The position numbers were made by a program, and so were the translations under genes. A stretch of 64,000 bases of DNA, taken from positions 46,982 through 110,981 of the forward strand of contig CAYNRK010000002.1 of NCBI GenBank assembly GCA_964399675.1, written 5' to 3'. The DNA comes from an uncultured Gammaproteobacteria bacterium (GTDB lineage: Bacteria; Patescibacteriota; Patescibacteriia; UBA9934; GWF2-40-263). The notes beneath the pieces are model-generated. The model did no database searches, was not told where the DNA came from, and saw only the letters and a program-made list of their open reading frames with translations. Shown here in pieces: positions 56,338-64,000 of this stretch; the stretch's first letter is position 1; each line of letters starts with the position of its first letter.

Positions 56338-57253
56338 AGAATTTTGAACGCTTGACAATAGCCACTACAATCGCAATCATCCCAACAAATCCAATAAAGT
56401 ATAAAAAGCTGATAATCCTTGGGTCGTCGTAGTACGGAAGCCATGGCACGTTCATTCCGTAAAATCCAGCAAGAAGAGTTGGAACCATGAGCGACGCTGA
56501 GATAATGGTCAGCAAGGTGATTATGTCATTGGTTTTGTGAGACAACAAAGCTTCATTAACATCAAACATTCCGTCGATTAAAAGCTTAAGGTTGTCAGCT
56601 GTAAGCCAGATAGTATCAAGCACATCGTGCAAGTCATCCAAATATAAATGATTTTCTTCAGTTAAAAACGGACGTTTCAAATTGGCAAGACTGGCTAACA
56701 TACTACGTTGTGGATCGATCAGATGACGTGCATACAAAACATTGCGACGAACATGTCCAAGATCAACAGTAATTCGTCTTTGATGCTTGTGTTGAATCGC
56801 ATCTTCAAGTCTTGCAACTTCTTGAGTAAGATCTCCAACAATTGCCATTGATCCACGAAAAGCATCGTGCAAAATTTTGTACATCAGATATGAGGTTCCT
56901 TTTGCAAAAACAGAAGAGCGCGACTTATTTCCTTTTTTCAAACGGCCAAAATATTTTTGAACTGAATCAATAGGCGTGTTTGTAAGTGTGACAAGTTTGT
57001 CCTGGCTTAAAAACACATAAAGCTCCTCACCGTGAACATGACCGCTGTCTTTGTGCATTGTTGGAATGTGGAAAACAAAAAAAATGTAATGCTTGTACGG
57101 GTCCATTTTTGAAATCGGAGTTTCTGATTGAATGTCATCGTAATCAAGGTGATGGAAACGAAAATTGTCTTGAAGGTATTCAAGATCTTTGTCTTTTGCG
57201 CGTTGAATGTGAATCCATTCAATACCTTTTGCACTAATGATTGATTGGCTCAT
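56336..57253 (-). CDS. CorA-family Mg2+ transporter
   Basis: PTLLAGFYGMN signature and two C-terminal TMs. Confidence 0.92.
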   Translation of the reverse strand: MSQSIISAKGIEWIHIQRAKDKDLEYLQDNFRFHHLDYDDIQSETPISKMDPYKHYIFFVFHIPTMHKDSGHVHGEELYVFLSQDKLVTLTNTPIDSVQKYFGRLKKGNKSRSSVFAKGTSYLMYKILHDAFRGSMAIVGDLTQEVARLEDAIQHKHQRRITVDLGHVRRNVLYARHLIDPQRSMLASLANLKRPFLTEENHLYLDDLHDVLDTIWLTADNLKLLIDGMFDVNEALLSHKTNDIITLLTIISASLMVPTLLAGFYGMNVPWLPYYDDPRIISFLYFIGFVGMIAIVVAIVKRSKF

Positions 57254-57975
57254 GAGACGTCACTTTTTTCTTTTTGTTTTTTATAGCCAAATGTGTAACA
57301 AAACTTGTTGTGTCGTATTGGTCCGATAAAAGCAAGATGCAATTCTGCCATCATGTATTTCATTGCGATTTTCATTCGTCCGTCTCGATCAAGACGACGA
57401 ATAGAAACCGGTATTCTGGTTGATTTCAAAAAACCAAACTTTCCAACCTTTTTAAATCTTTGAGCATAATCATGGTCTTCACAAAATAAAACCGTCTCAT
57501 CAAATCCTCCAATTTTTTCATGCAATTCTCTTCGTACAAACATGCAAAAACCCGGAGCGTGCGGAAAAAGCGATCCCCAAGCGCGTGCATATTTATTATA
57601 CGCTTTATGCATGAAATGATCGACCATGTCATCAGATAGTGGGAACACATCACATGTTGCCAAGCCAAGTCCGCGCTCGTTCATTTCCTGAATTGATTTT
57701 TCCAAAAACTCCGGATCGCGCAATTCAACATCTGCATCCAAAAATAAAATAAGTTCTGTGTTTGCCGCTTTTGCTCCATTGTTTCTACCAACAGATGGCA
57801 TACCTCCCTCCACTACTTTCACACCAAATGTTTTTGCGATTTTTTTGGTTTGATCGGTTGAGTCGGCATCAGCAACAATTATCTCTTCTGGTTGGCAGGT
57901 TTGTTTTTTAATTGAGGTAAGAAGCTTTGGTAAATATTCTTCTTCGTTTTTTGTTGGGATAATAATCGTGAGCAT
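57250..57975 (-). CDS. GT2 glycosyltransferase
   Basis: IIIPTKNEE, FLDAD, EDHD and SIRR. Confidence 0.9.
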   Translation of the reverse strand: MLTIIIPTKNEEEYLPKLLTSIKKQTCQPEEIIVADADSTDQTKKIAKTFGVKVVEGGMPSVGRNNGAKAANTELILFLDADVELRDPEFLEKSIQEMNERGLGLATCDVFPLSDDMVDHFMHKAYNKYARAWGSLFPHAPGFCMFVRRELHEKIGGFDETVLFCEDHDYAQRFKKVGKFGFLKSTRIPVSIRRLDRDGRMKIAMKYMMAELHLAFIGPIRHNKFCYTFGYKKQKEKSDVS

Positions 57976-57983
57976 AATGTAGA

Positions 57984-58091
57984 TTTCCCCTCCTTTTCAA
58001 GGAGGGGTTAGGGGTGGTTATGATTTTGAAACAAGAACTTCTGTTTTTTCAAAATTCTAACCCCCTGTAAGTCCCCCTTAAAAAGGGGGAC
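57984..58091. repeat. Inverted pair of CCCC..AAG.GGGG palindromic repeats
   Basis: ttcccctccttttcaaggaggggttaggggtgg ... accccctgtaagtcccccttaaaaaggggga; same family as the insertions at 37303 and 39863. Confidence 0.7.
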
Positions 58092-58099
58092 ATTCGTGT

Positions 58100-58558
58100 C
58101 TACATTTTACCTGATTTTCCGCTCAGAGCAAACAGAGCAATTCCGGTTGCAACAGAAACATTGAGCGATTGTTTTTTACCGATCATGGGAATTTCTATTA
58201 TTTGATCACACACATCAAGAACTGTTTTTTCAATACCTTCAACTTCATTTCCAACAATCAACGCAATTGGCTCTGTTGTATTAACTGATTCAATTGATTC
58301 CCCGCCTGTTTCTAATCCAAAAATACTAATATTGCTTTTCTTTAATTCGTCTACAAGATCAAAAATATTTTCTTTATATTCCCAATCAACTCTGTGTTCT
58401 GATCCAAGAGCTACTTTTGCAATTTCTTTTCTAGGGGGTTGACCGGTATATCCAGTTAAATAAATCTTTTTGATCCCAAAAACATCAGCTGATCTAAAAA
58501 TCGAACCAACGTTATGAAGGGATCTAATGTTATGAGCAATGAGAATAATGTTTGACAT
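58100..58558 (-). CDS. TrmH/SpoU-family RNA methyltransferase
   Basis: HNVGSIFRSAD, VGNEVEG and IPM.G...SLNVSVA. Confidence 0.92.
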   Translation of the reverse strand: MSNIILIAHNIRSLHNVGSIFRSADVFGIKKIYLTGYTGQPPRKEIAKVALGSEHRVDWEYKENIFDLVDELKKSNISIFGLETGGESIESVNTTEPIALIVGNEVEGIEKTVLDVCDQIIEIPMIGKKQSLNVSVATGIALFALSGKSGKM

Positions 58559-58614
58559 ATTGTATTACATGCTATTAGATACAGGCGTCCACATCAAGCA
58601 AGAGGAATCGGACA

Positions 58615-60162
58615 ATGCGAAAATGGCTGCCAAGGCTCTCAATCCTCGCGCTCGTACTGATGGGCGTGTACGGATACTTCGTCGGCTTCTCGGGATGGTT
58701 CGAGAAGTTCTCACCGATCGCGGTTCTGTTGATCGTGGTCACGTTCGTGGTCTCCCGGCTCAAGCCGGTCGAGGGCGTTGCTCACACCGGCACATTCAGA
58801 TTCCGACGTGTGATGAACTGGCTGCCACTAGGTCTGACGTACGCGTTCCTGTACATGGGGCGCTACAACATCAAGGTCGCGCACCACTCGTTCGGCGACA
58901 TGGTGAACCTGGCAGGCGAACCCCTGATGAGCAACGCGATCTTCGCAGGGCTCTTCTTCTGGGGAACATTCGTCTACGGCTTCTCGTTTCTTCTGAACGG
59001 CCCCCTCACAGATCGACTGGGTGGCAAATTCGCCATCATCATCGGCGCCGTGGGCGCGGCATTGGCGAACCTCGGTATGGCCTGGTGCACCTGGCAGATC
59101 ATCGACCACGGCACCTACTACAACTTCCTGGTGGAGCGCTTCGCAATCGTCTTTTCGGTTCTGTACATGGCGAACATGTACTTCCAGAGCTTTGGAGCGG
59201 TCGCGATCGTAAAGGTCAACTCGGCCTGGTTCCACGTGAAAGAACGTGGCGTGTTCGGAGCCATCTTCGGCATTCTGATCTCGCTCGGCATCTACTTCGC
59301 CTTTGACGTCAGCAAGATGCTCATCGAGGGCGTTGGTCTCACGGCCGCGTTCTACGTACCTTCGATTCTCCTGCTCGTGTTTACGGCCCTGAACCTCTTC
59401 ATGGTCAAGAACACTCCAGGGGAAACCTCGCACGATGACTTCAACACCGCAGACGCCTCTTCGGACGACGACGGAGAACTCCTTCCAGCCGTCGCTGTGT
59501 TCAAGATGATGCTCAAGAACCCGATCATCATCACGATCGCCTGCGTCGAGTTCTGTAGCGGCTTCCTCCGTCAGTCCATCATGCAGTGGTTCCGGACCTT
59601 TGCCAAGCAAACCGACGCAATCCTGCATCTGAAGGACACCTTTGTCTACGACAACTGGGGCATGCTCCTGTGCGCTGCCGGGATCCTCTCGGGAGTATTC
59701 GCAGGGGTGATCTCTGACCGCGTCTTCCAATCGCGCCGTGGTCCTGTTGCCACGATTCTGTACGCACTCATGTTCGTCATGGCCTTGTTCATGTGCGGGT
59801 TCTACCAGACCGCAGTCGTGGGATGGCTCGTGGTCGTGATGTCAGCATGCATCATCGGTGTTCACGGCATGCTCTCGGGCACAGCCAGCATGGACTTCGG
59901 CGGCAAGAAGAACGTGGGGGTGGCCGTTGGAATCATCGACGGCTTCGTCTACATGGGCACTGCGTTCATGTCGATCCTCTACATGTTCATTCTTCCCCAG
60001 AAGCAGTTCGGGGAAGGAGGTACACCAATCGGTCCTGCCACAGACCCAGGCAACTGGCTGGTCTGGCCGATCTCGATAACGATCATGTCCTTGGTCGGCA
60101 TCTACTTCGCCAAGAAGATCTGGCACTCACACGCCAAGGACAAGGCGTTGAAGAAAGCCTGA
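58615..60162 (+). CDS. MFS transporter, GlpT/UhpT (organophosphate:Pi antiporter)-like, high GC
   Basis: YAFLYMGRYN, NGPLTDRLG, WFHVKERG, ISDRVF.SRRGP and AVGIIDGFVY.G. Confidence 0.85.
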   Translation: MRKWLPRLSILALVLMGVYGYFVGFSGWFEKFSPIAVLLIVVTFVVSRLKPVEGVAHTGTFRFRRVMNWLPLGLTYAFLYMGRYNIKVAHHSFGDMVNLAGEPLMSNAIFAGLFFWGTFVYGFSFLLNGPLTDRLGGKFAIIIGAVGAALANLGMAWCTWQIIDHGTYYNFLVERFAIVFSVLYMANMYFQSFGAVAIVKVNSAWFHVKERGVFGAIFGILISLGIYFAFDVSKMLIEGVGLTAAFYVPSILLLVFTALNLFMVKNTPGETSHDDFNTADASSDDDGELLPAVAVFKMMLKNPIIITIACVEFCSGFLRQSIMQWFRTFAKQTDAILHLKDTFVYDNWGMLLCAAGILSGVFAGVISDRVFQSRRGPVATILYALMFVMALFMCGFYQTAVVGWLVVVMSACIIGVHGMLSGTASMDFGGKKNVGVAVGIIDGFVYMGTAFMSILYMFILPQKQFGEGGTPIGPATDPGNWLVWPISITIMSLVGIYFAKKIWHSHAKDKALKKA

Positions 60163-60300
60163 TCAACAACCCACAGGAGGTCTCACAAGGGTAACCCTTC
60201 ACAAGGGCCCCTTTTTCAATTTAGCAATCAAGTTAACAATGTTTTCTAATCAATACTATCTTTTGAAGTATCTTCATGATGAACTGCCTTCTGAAACTTC

Positions 60301-60336
60301 TTATAAAATACTTCTCGATCGAGAAGTATTTTATAA
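60301..60336. repeat. Perfect 36-bp palindrome abutting the stop codon of the second PaaX-like gene
   Basis: ttataaaatacttctcga|tcgagaagtattttataa. Confidence 0.9.
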
Positions 60337-60849
60337 CTATTTTTTCCTATCTCCGACAAAGACACAGACCCATTTACTTATCCCAGTTTTTCGAATAAAT
60401 TTTTGCACAGCCTCCACAACATCACGATCTGTTATCCAAACACTTTTCTGAAGCATTTTAAAATCACAACTTCTAAGAAAAAATCTAAAAGAGTCTCTGC
60501 CTCTTCTAGCATTCTCAGGAAAATCATAGACAACCAAACACTTCGTTTTTCGAGGGAGCTTGGGTCGATTTTCTGTAAAAGCACGCCTGTGCATTTCGCT
60601 CTTTCCTTCATCAGTAAGTTCACATAACATTTTTCCTTCTTGTTTTTTTATCTTTATCCATTTCTTGTTTTTCAAATATTGAATTCTCCTGTATTCATAA
60701 ATTTTTTCTAATTCCTTATCCGATAACCCTGGAAATCTTTTTCTAACATTGTAACCCCACTCTGGAAAATCAAAAAGATGTCCTTCAATGCTTTGGAGAG
60801 AATCAAGTATTGATTTCTTTCGACGCTTAATCTTTTTTATATCCTTCAA
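60337..60849 (-). CDS. PaaX-family protein (wHTH plus Cas2-like domain), paralog of the gene at 40544
   Basis: IQYLKNKKWI...LTDEGK...RPKLP...VVYDFPE..R..R..FR.FL....F..LQKSVWITDRDVV. Confidence 0.85.
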   Translation of the reverse strand: MKDIKKIKRRKKSILDSLQSIEGHLFDFPEWGYNVRKRFPGLSDKELEKIYEYRRIQYLKNKKWIKIKKQEGKMLCELTDEGKSEMHRRAFTENRPKLPRKTKCLVVYDFPENARRGRDSFRFFLRSCDFKMLQKSVWITDRDVVEAVQKFIRKTGISKWVCVFVGDRKK

Positions 60850-60857
60850 AATTGATT

Positions 60858-60895
60858 GTTATAATTTTATTCACGATCGAGAAGTATTTTATAAC
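60858..60895. promoter_or_regulatory. Imperfect CGATCG-centred palindrome upstream of the second PaaX-like gene
   Basis: gttataattttattcacga|tcgagaagtattttataac. Confidence 0.7.
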
Positions 60896-61007
60896 TATTT
60901 TTCCATGCGATCAATTTTTTGTCTCTAATTGTTTATTGTCTTCAACTCATCGGCCGCGAGCAGCACTCTTTCCAAAAAACCCTTTTTCAATTATAGTGCT
61001 TTTTGTT

Positions 61008-61859
61008 ATGAAGAAATCCGGCTTTGTTGTGATGATTGGTAGATCCAATGTTGGAAAGTCAACTTTAATGAATTCCATTATTGGTTCCAAGATCGCAATC
61101 ACAACACCAAAACCACAGACAACACGTTTACCAATACAAGGAATCCTCAACCGACCAGAGGGCCAGGTTGTGTTTGTTGACACACCGGGAATACTTAAAG
61201 GTGCCAAAGATCCGCTTTCTAAAAAGCTTTCGCAATCAGTTAGAGAATCATTAAGAGAAGTTGACGTTATTCTTTATGTTGTTGATCCAACTCGTGAAAT
61301 TGGTCAGGAAGAACGCTCTGTTATGAAAACACTTTCAAATATTGAAAAACCAAAAATTCTCATAATCAACAAAACAGATCTTAAACGAAAACCATATCTT
61401 GATTTTTATAGAGACCTGTCTGAGGACTTTGATCAGACAATCGAAGTTTCTGCTCTTCTTGGAACTCATGTTGGTTCAGTAATCGAACGGGTTCTGGAGT
61501 TGTTGCCTGAGAGTGAACCATATTATCCAGAAGGCCAGCTCACTAATATGCCAAATCGTTTTTGGTTGGCTGAACTAATTAGAGAAAAATTGTTTTTGCG
61601 TTTACGACAGGAAGTTCCCTACTCCACACACGTTGAAGTAACAGAAGTTGAAAAAAGAAAAAACGGCATCTTTTATATTGCCGCAACTGTTTTTACAACT
61701 GAAGATCGGTACAAAAGAATGATTATTGGACAGCAAGGACGTGGCATCAAAGAAATCGGTCAGTCAACACGAAAAGAATTGGAGGCTGTTATGGAATCAA
61801 AAGTTTTTATTGATCTTACTGTTGAGGTTGACCCTCATTGGATGCTTCGGTTTGAATAG
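61008..61859 (+). CDS. era: GTPase Era
   Basis: GRSNVGKST, KPQTTR, DTPG, NKTD and a KH domain; ATG 61008. Confidence 0.96.
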   Translation: MKKSGFVVMIGRSNVGKSTLMNSIIGSKIAITTPKPQTTRLPIQGILNRPEGQVVFVDTPGILKGAKDPLSKKLSQSVRESLREVDVILYVVDPTREIGQEERSVMKTLSNIEKPKILIINKTDLKRKPYLDFYRDLSEDFDQTIEVSALLGTHVGSVIERVLELLPESEPYYPEGQLTNMPNRFWLAELIREKLFLRLRQEVPYSTHVEVTEVEKRKNGIFYIAATVFTTEDRYKRMIIGQQGRGIKEIGQSTRKELEAVMESKVFIDLTVEVDPHWMLRFE

Positions 61860-62781
61860 GAAACGGCACTGCATTATTTATTTCACGAACTTCATAACCA
61901 ACAAAACCTTCAAGCAATTCATCAGGACTCAAGCTCAAAGCCCCTTTTGACGCAGGTGTTAAAACCATTTCCAAAATTAGTGGATTTGATCGATTTGCCA
62001 AGATCTTATATTTTCCAAAAAAATTCTTTGCCTCTATTGTTCGAACACGCGTTTGCACACCATCAACTTTTAGCAAGTAATATCCCCAATCAGGATCTGC
62101 TTCAATGATCAATAAATCCTCTGCTTCTGTGGAGGCTTCTTTGTCTTTGAAAAACTTGTTTATAAGATTTCTAACATTGTCAGTAATCTCAAGCGCGCTT
62201 GAAAGCTGGGCATCAAACAAACCTAGTCTAAGATTTGTTGAACGAGTATTGGCAAGTTCATCATACTGCTTTTGCGACAACCAAATCAGAGAGTTGGTAT
62301 CATAATCAGACTCACCTTCTGGCCAAAGATTTGGCGGCAAAACTGTTTCACTTTGTCCAAGGGCTGTTGTTGTAAGAGTTCCTTGTTTTGTAATTATTTC
62401 ATGCTCTTTCTTAGGCGGACTTGGAATAGCAACGCCAACCGGTGAGTCAGCATACTTTTCTTCATAATCAAGCTGAGCTTGTTTTGAGTCTTCTGTTTCC
62501 ACTTCTGTTTCAATCATCCAAAATAACTCTGCGCTTGCGCCAGGTACCCACTGCTTCATAGTTACTGAACGATCTTCACCTTGCTCGCCTAGCCAACTTA
62601 AAAATTTCCCACCAACACCAAGAACTGTTTGTCGAATAACAATTTCACTTTCTTGTTTTAGTTTCAATCCTTCAGCAGCGTCTTTGGGTGGCAGAGATGA
62701 AACCGGTGTGAACGAACAACCAGCCCCAAGAAGAACGAGCGCAATCAATGTTCCAAAAATTGTTGTTTGGCGTGTGTTCAT
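61816..62781 (-). CDS. Putative lipoprotein
   Basis: LLGAGC lipobox. Confidence 0.75.
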   Translation of the reverse strand: MNTRQTTIFGTLIALVLLGAGCSFTPVSSLPPKDAAEGLKLKQESEIVIRQTVLGVGGKFLSWLGEQGEDRSVTMKQWVPGASAELFWMIETEVETEDSKQAQLDYEEKYADSPVGVAIPSPPKKEHEIITKQGTLTTTALGQSETVLPPNLWPEGESDYDTNSLIWLSQKQYDELANTRSTNLRLGLFDAQLSSALEITDNVRNLINKFFKDKEASTEAEDLLIIEADPDWGYYLLKVDGVQTRVRTIEAKNFFGKYKILANRSNPLILEMVLTPASKGALSLSPDELLEGFVGYEVREINNAVPFPIQTEASNEGQPQQ

Positions 62782-62824
62782 AAAAGCAGTTGGTTTAAAG
62801 AAATTTCTTTGATATTATCTTAGC

Positions 62825-63439
62825 ATGATTCAAAAAATCGCCATAACCTTTTTTGTGATAATTGTTGCCGGACTGCTTGTCTGGCAACGTTTTGATATTG
62901 AGCCCCATGTTCCAGCAACTGTTTTAGCTGAACAAAATTCTCAATTTGAAATTAATGACAGATTAAAACGAGGTCTTACAATTGAAACCGCTGATAATGA
63001 GCGATTCGCTTTTAAAATCCAAAACTCAATTATCACACTTGATGAACGGACAACACTTGTACTTGAAAGTCTTAAAAATTCTGAAAACGTAATTAAACTT
63101 TTGCGAGGCAGAATTGTTGTTGATGCGCCACCCGCCGACGCTAAAGCTTTGGCGGACAGGAGAGATGAAGTAATTTTTGTTGATACAAATTTTACTGCCA
63201 ATGTAGTCCAGGCTTCCAAGACCAGCTTTGTAAATTATGATTTTCTAGAAACTGTTCACTTGATTCCAATTGAAGGCATGGTTCAGTTTAGTATAAAAAA
63301 AGTACCTGAATATTCACTTAGCTTTCTTCCAATTTCAATAAAAGAAACTCCACCGGTTGAAATTTCAAAACTCGAAGTAAACATTGAAACCGGTGCAGCA
63401 TCCGAATTTTATAAATGGTCAGATAAAATCACAGAGTAA
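62825..63439 (+). CDS. Membrane-anchored protein, weakly FecR-like
   Basis: N-terminal TM; ITLDERTTL...IKLLRGRI. Confidence 0.55.
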   Translation: MIQKIAITFFVIIVAGLLVWQRFDIEPHVPATVLAEQNSQFEINDRLKRGLTIETADNERFAFKIQNSIITLDERTTLVLESLKNSENVIKLLRGRIVVDAPPADAKALADRRDEVIFVDTNFTANVVQASKTSFVNYDFLETVHLIPIEGMVQFSIKKVPEYSLSFLPISIKETPPVEISKLEVNIETGAASEFYKWSDKITE

Positions 63440-63495
63440 TTTGACTTTCACAACCTAAAACAATAAACTCCCAAGGTCCTACAAGGAGGTGGTTG

Positions 63496-64000
63496 ATGGT
63501 TGGTTTTAGAACTGCAAAATCACTTGATAGGGTCCTTGAGGTCCTTTCTGCAAATGGCGACAAGGACATGATCCTCAGTCGCTACCATCGCGAACCTCTG
63601 CTGGGTCTTGCCAGCCAGGTTCTCCACTTGGCCGCGGACTTTGACAACACCCTAACACCTGACAATGAATGGGTTTTGATACAAAGGTACTTGCTAGAAG
63701 ATCTGCGCGCTCAAGAGCAAGCAGATCGTGATTGGTACCTTGCACAAACATCAGACTCAGTTCAATCCGTAGTTTCGCTGGAGGATCCTGACTGGTTCCA
63801 GTCTCATGTGCAACCTGGAAACCGTGTTGCAGTTGAGGGCGCATGGATTGCCCGATCGCTTGCCAGACACATGCAATCCGGCCTGAATCGTGGCGCAGTT
63901 GTCACTGTTGGCAAGGAAATGAAGCCACGAGCAGGACTACCTGAACTCTTTCAGCTCACGCAGCATCAAGTAGTCATCTCGTTTGGCATTGAACAGGTTG
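63496..64000 (+). CDS. Hypothetical protein, higher GC; 3'-partial (not in ORF track)
   Basis: TTGACT-17-TAAACT, AAGGAGGT SD, MVGFRTAKSLDRVLEVLS... open to the window end. Confidence 0.7.
   Translation, partial: MVGFRTAKSLDRVLEVLSANGDKDMILSRYHREPLLGLASQVLHLAADFDNTLTPDNEWVLIQRYLLEDLRAQEQADRDWYLAQTSDSVQSVVSLEDPDWFQSHVQPGNRVAVEGAWIARSLARHMQSGLNRGAVVTVGKEMKPRAGLPELFQLTQHQVVISFGIEQV

Noticed and set aside
63575-63844. Minus-strand 89-aa ORF from the track
   Set aside because: Shadow of a plus-strand ORF from 63496 that has a promoter and strong SD and runs off the window.
1-64000. tRNA or rRNA genes
   Set aside because: None recognised by eye; tRNAscan-SE was not run.

Overview
Chromosomal window from a low-GC bacterium with a Patescibacteria/CPR-like gene set. 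It carries mreBCD-pbp2, greA, lysS, alr, gltX, clpB with a perfect CIRCE, metK behind a SAM-I riboswitch, priA-like/def/fmt, a glycosyltransferase cluster, the alpha/S13 ribosomal operons, alaS, murJ and era. Several sharply bounded high-GC islands interrupt this backbone. The main find is at 37037-40394. A 547-aa gene with IS110/Nop (Tas-like) architecture, whose RuvC and serine-recombinase catalytic motifs appear lost, sits inside an array of 21 stem-loop units (7 upstream, 14 downstream). Each unit presents two variable ~9-10-nt guide-like segments in a symmetric internal loop, held by covarying stems. This looks like a stem-loop TIGR-Tas-type RNA-guided system, possibly a non-cutting variant. 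Other notable items are a high-GC array of six exported/membrane genes separated by a structured ~80-nt repeat that resembles the guide-array scaffold, two PaaX/Cas2-like genes each bracketed by CGATCG-centred palindromes, and palindromic repeats inserted in frame into proteins and into a riboswitch. All calls are made by eye from the sequence and ORF track; no searches were run.
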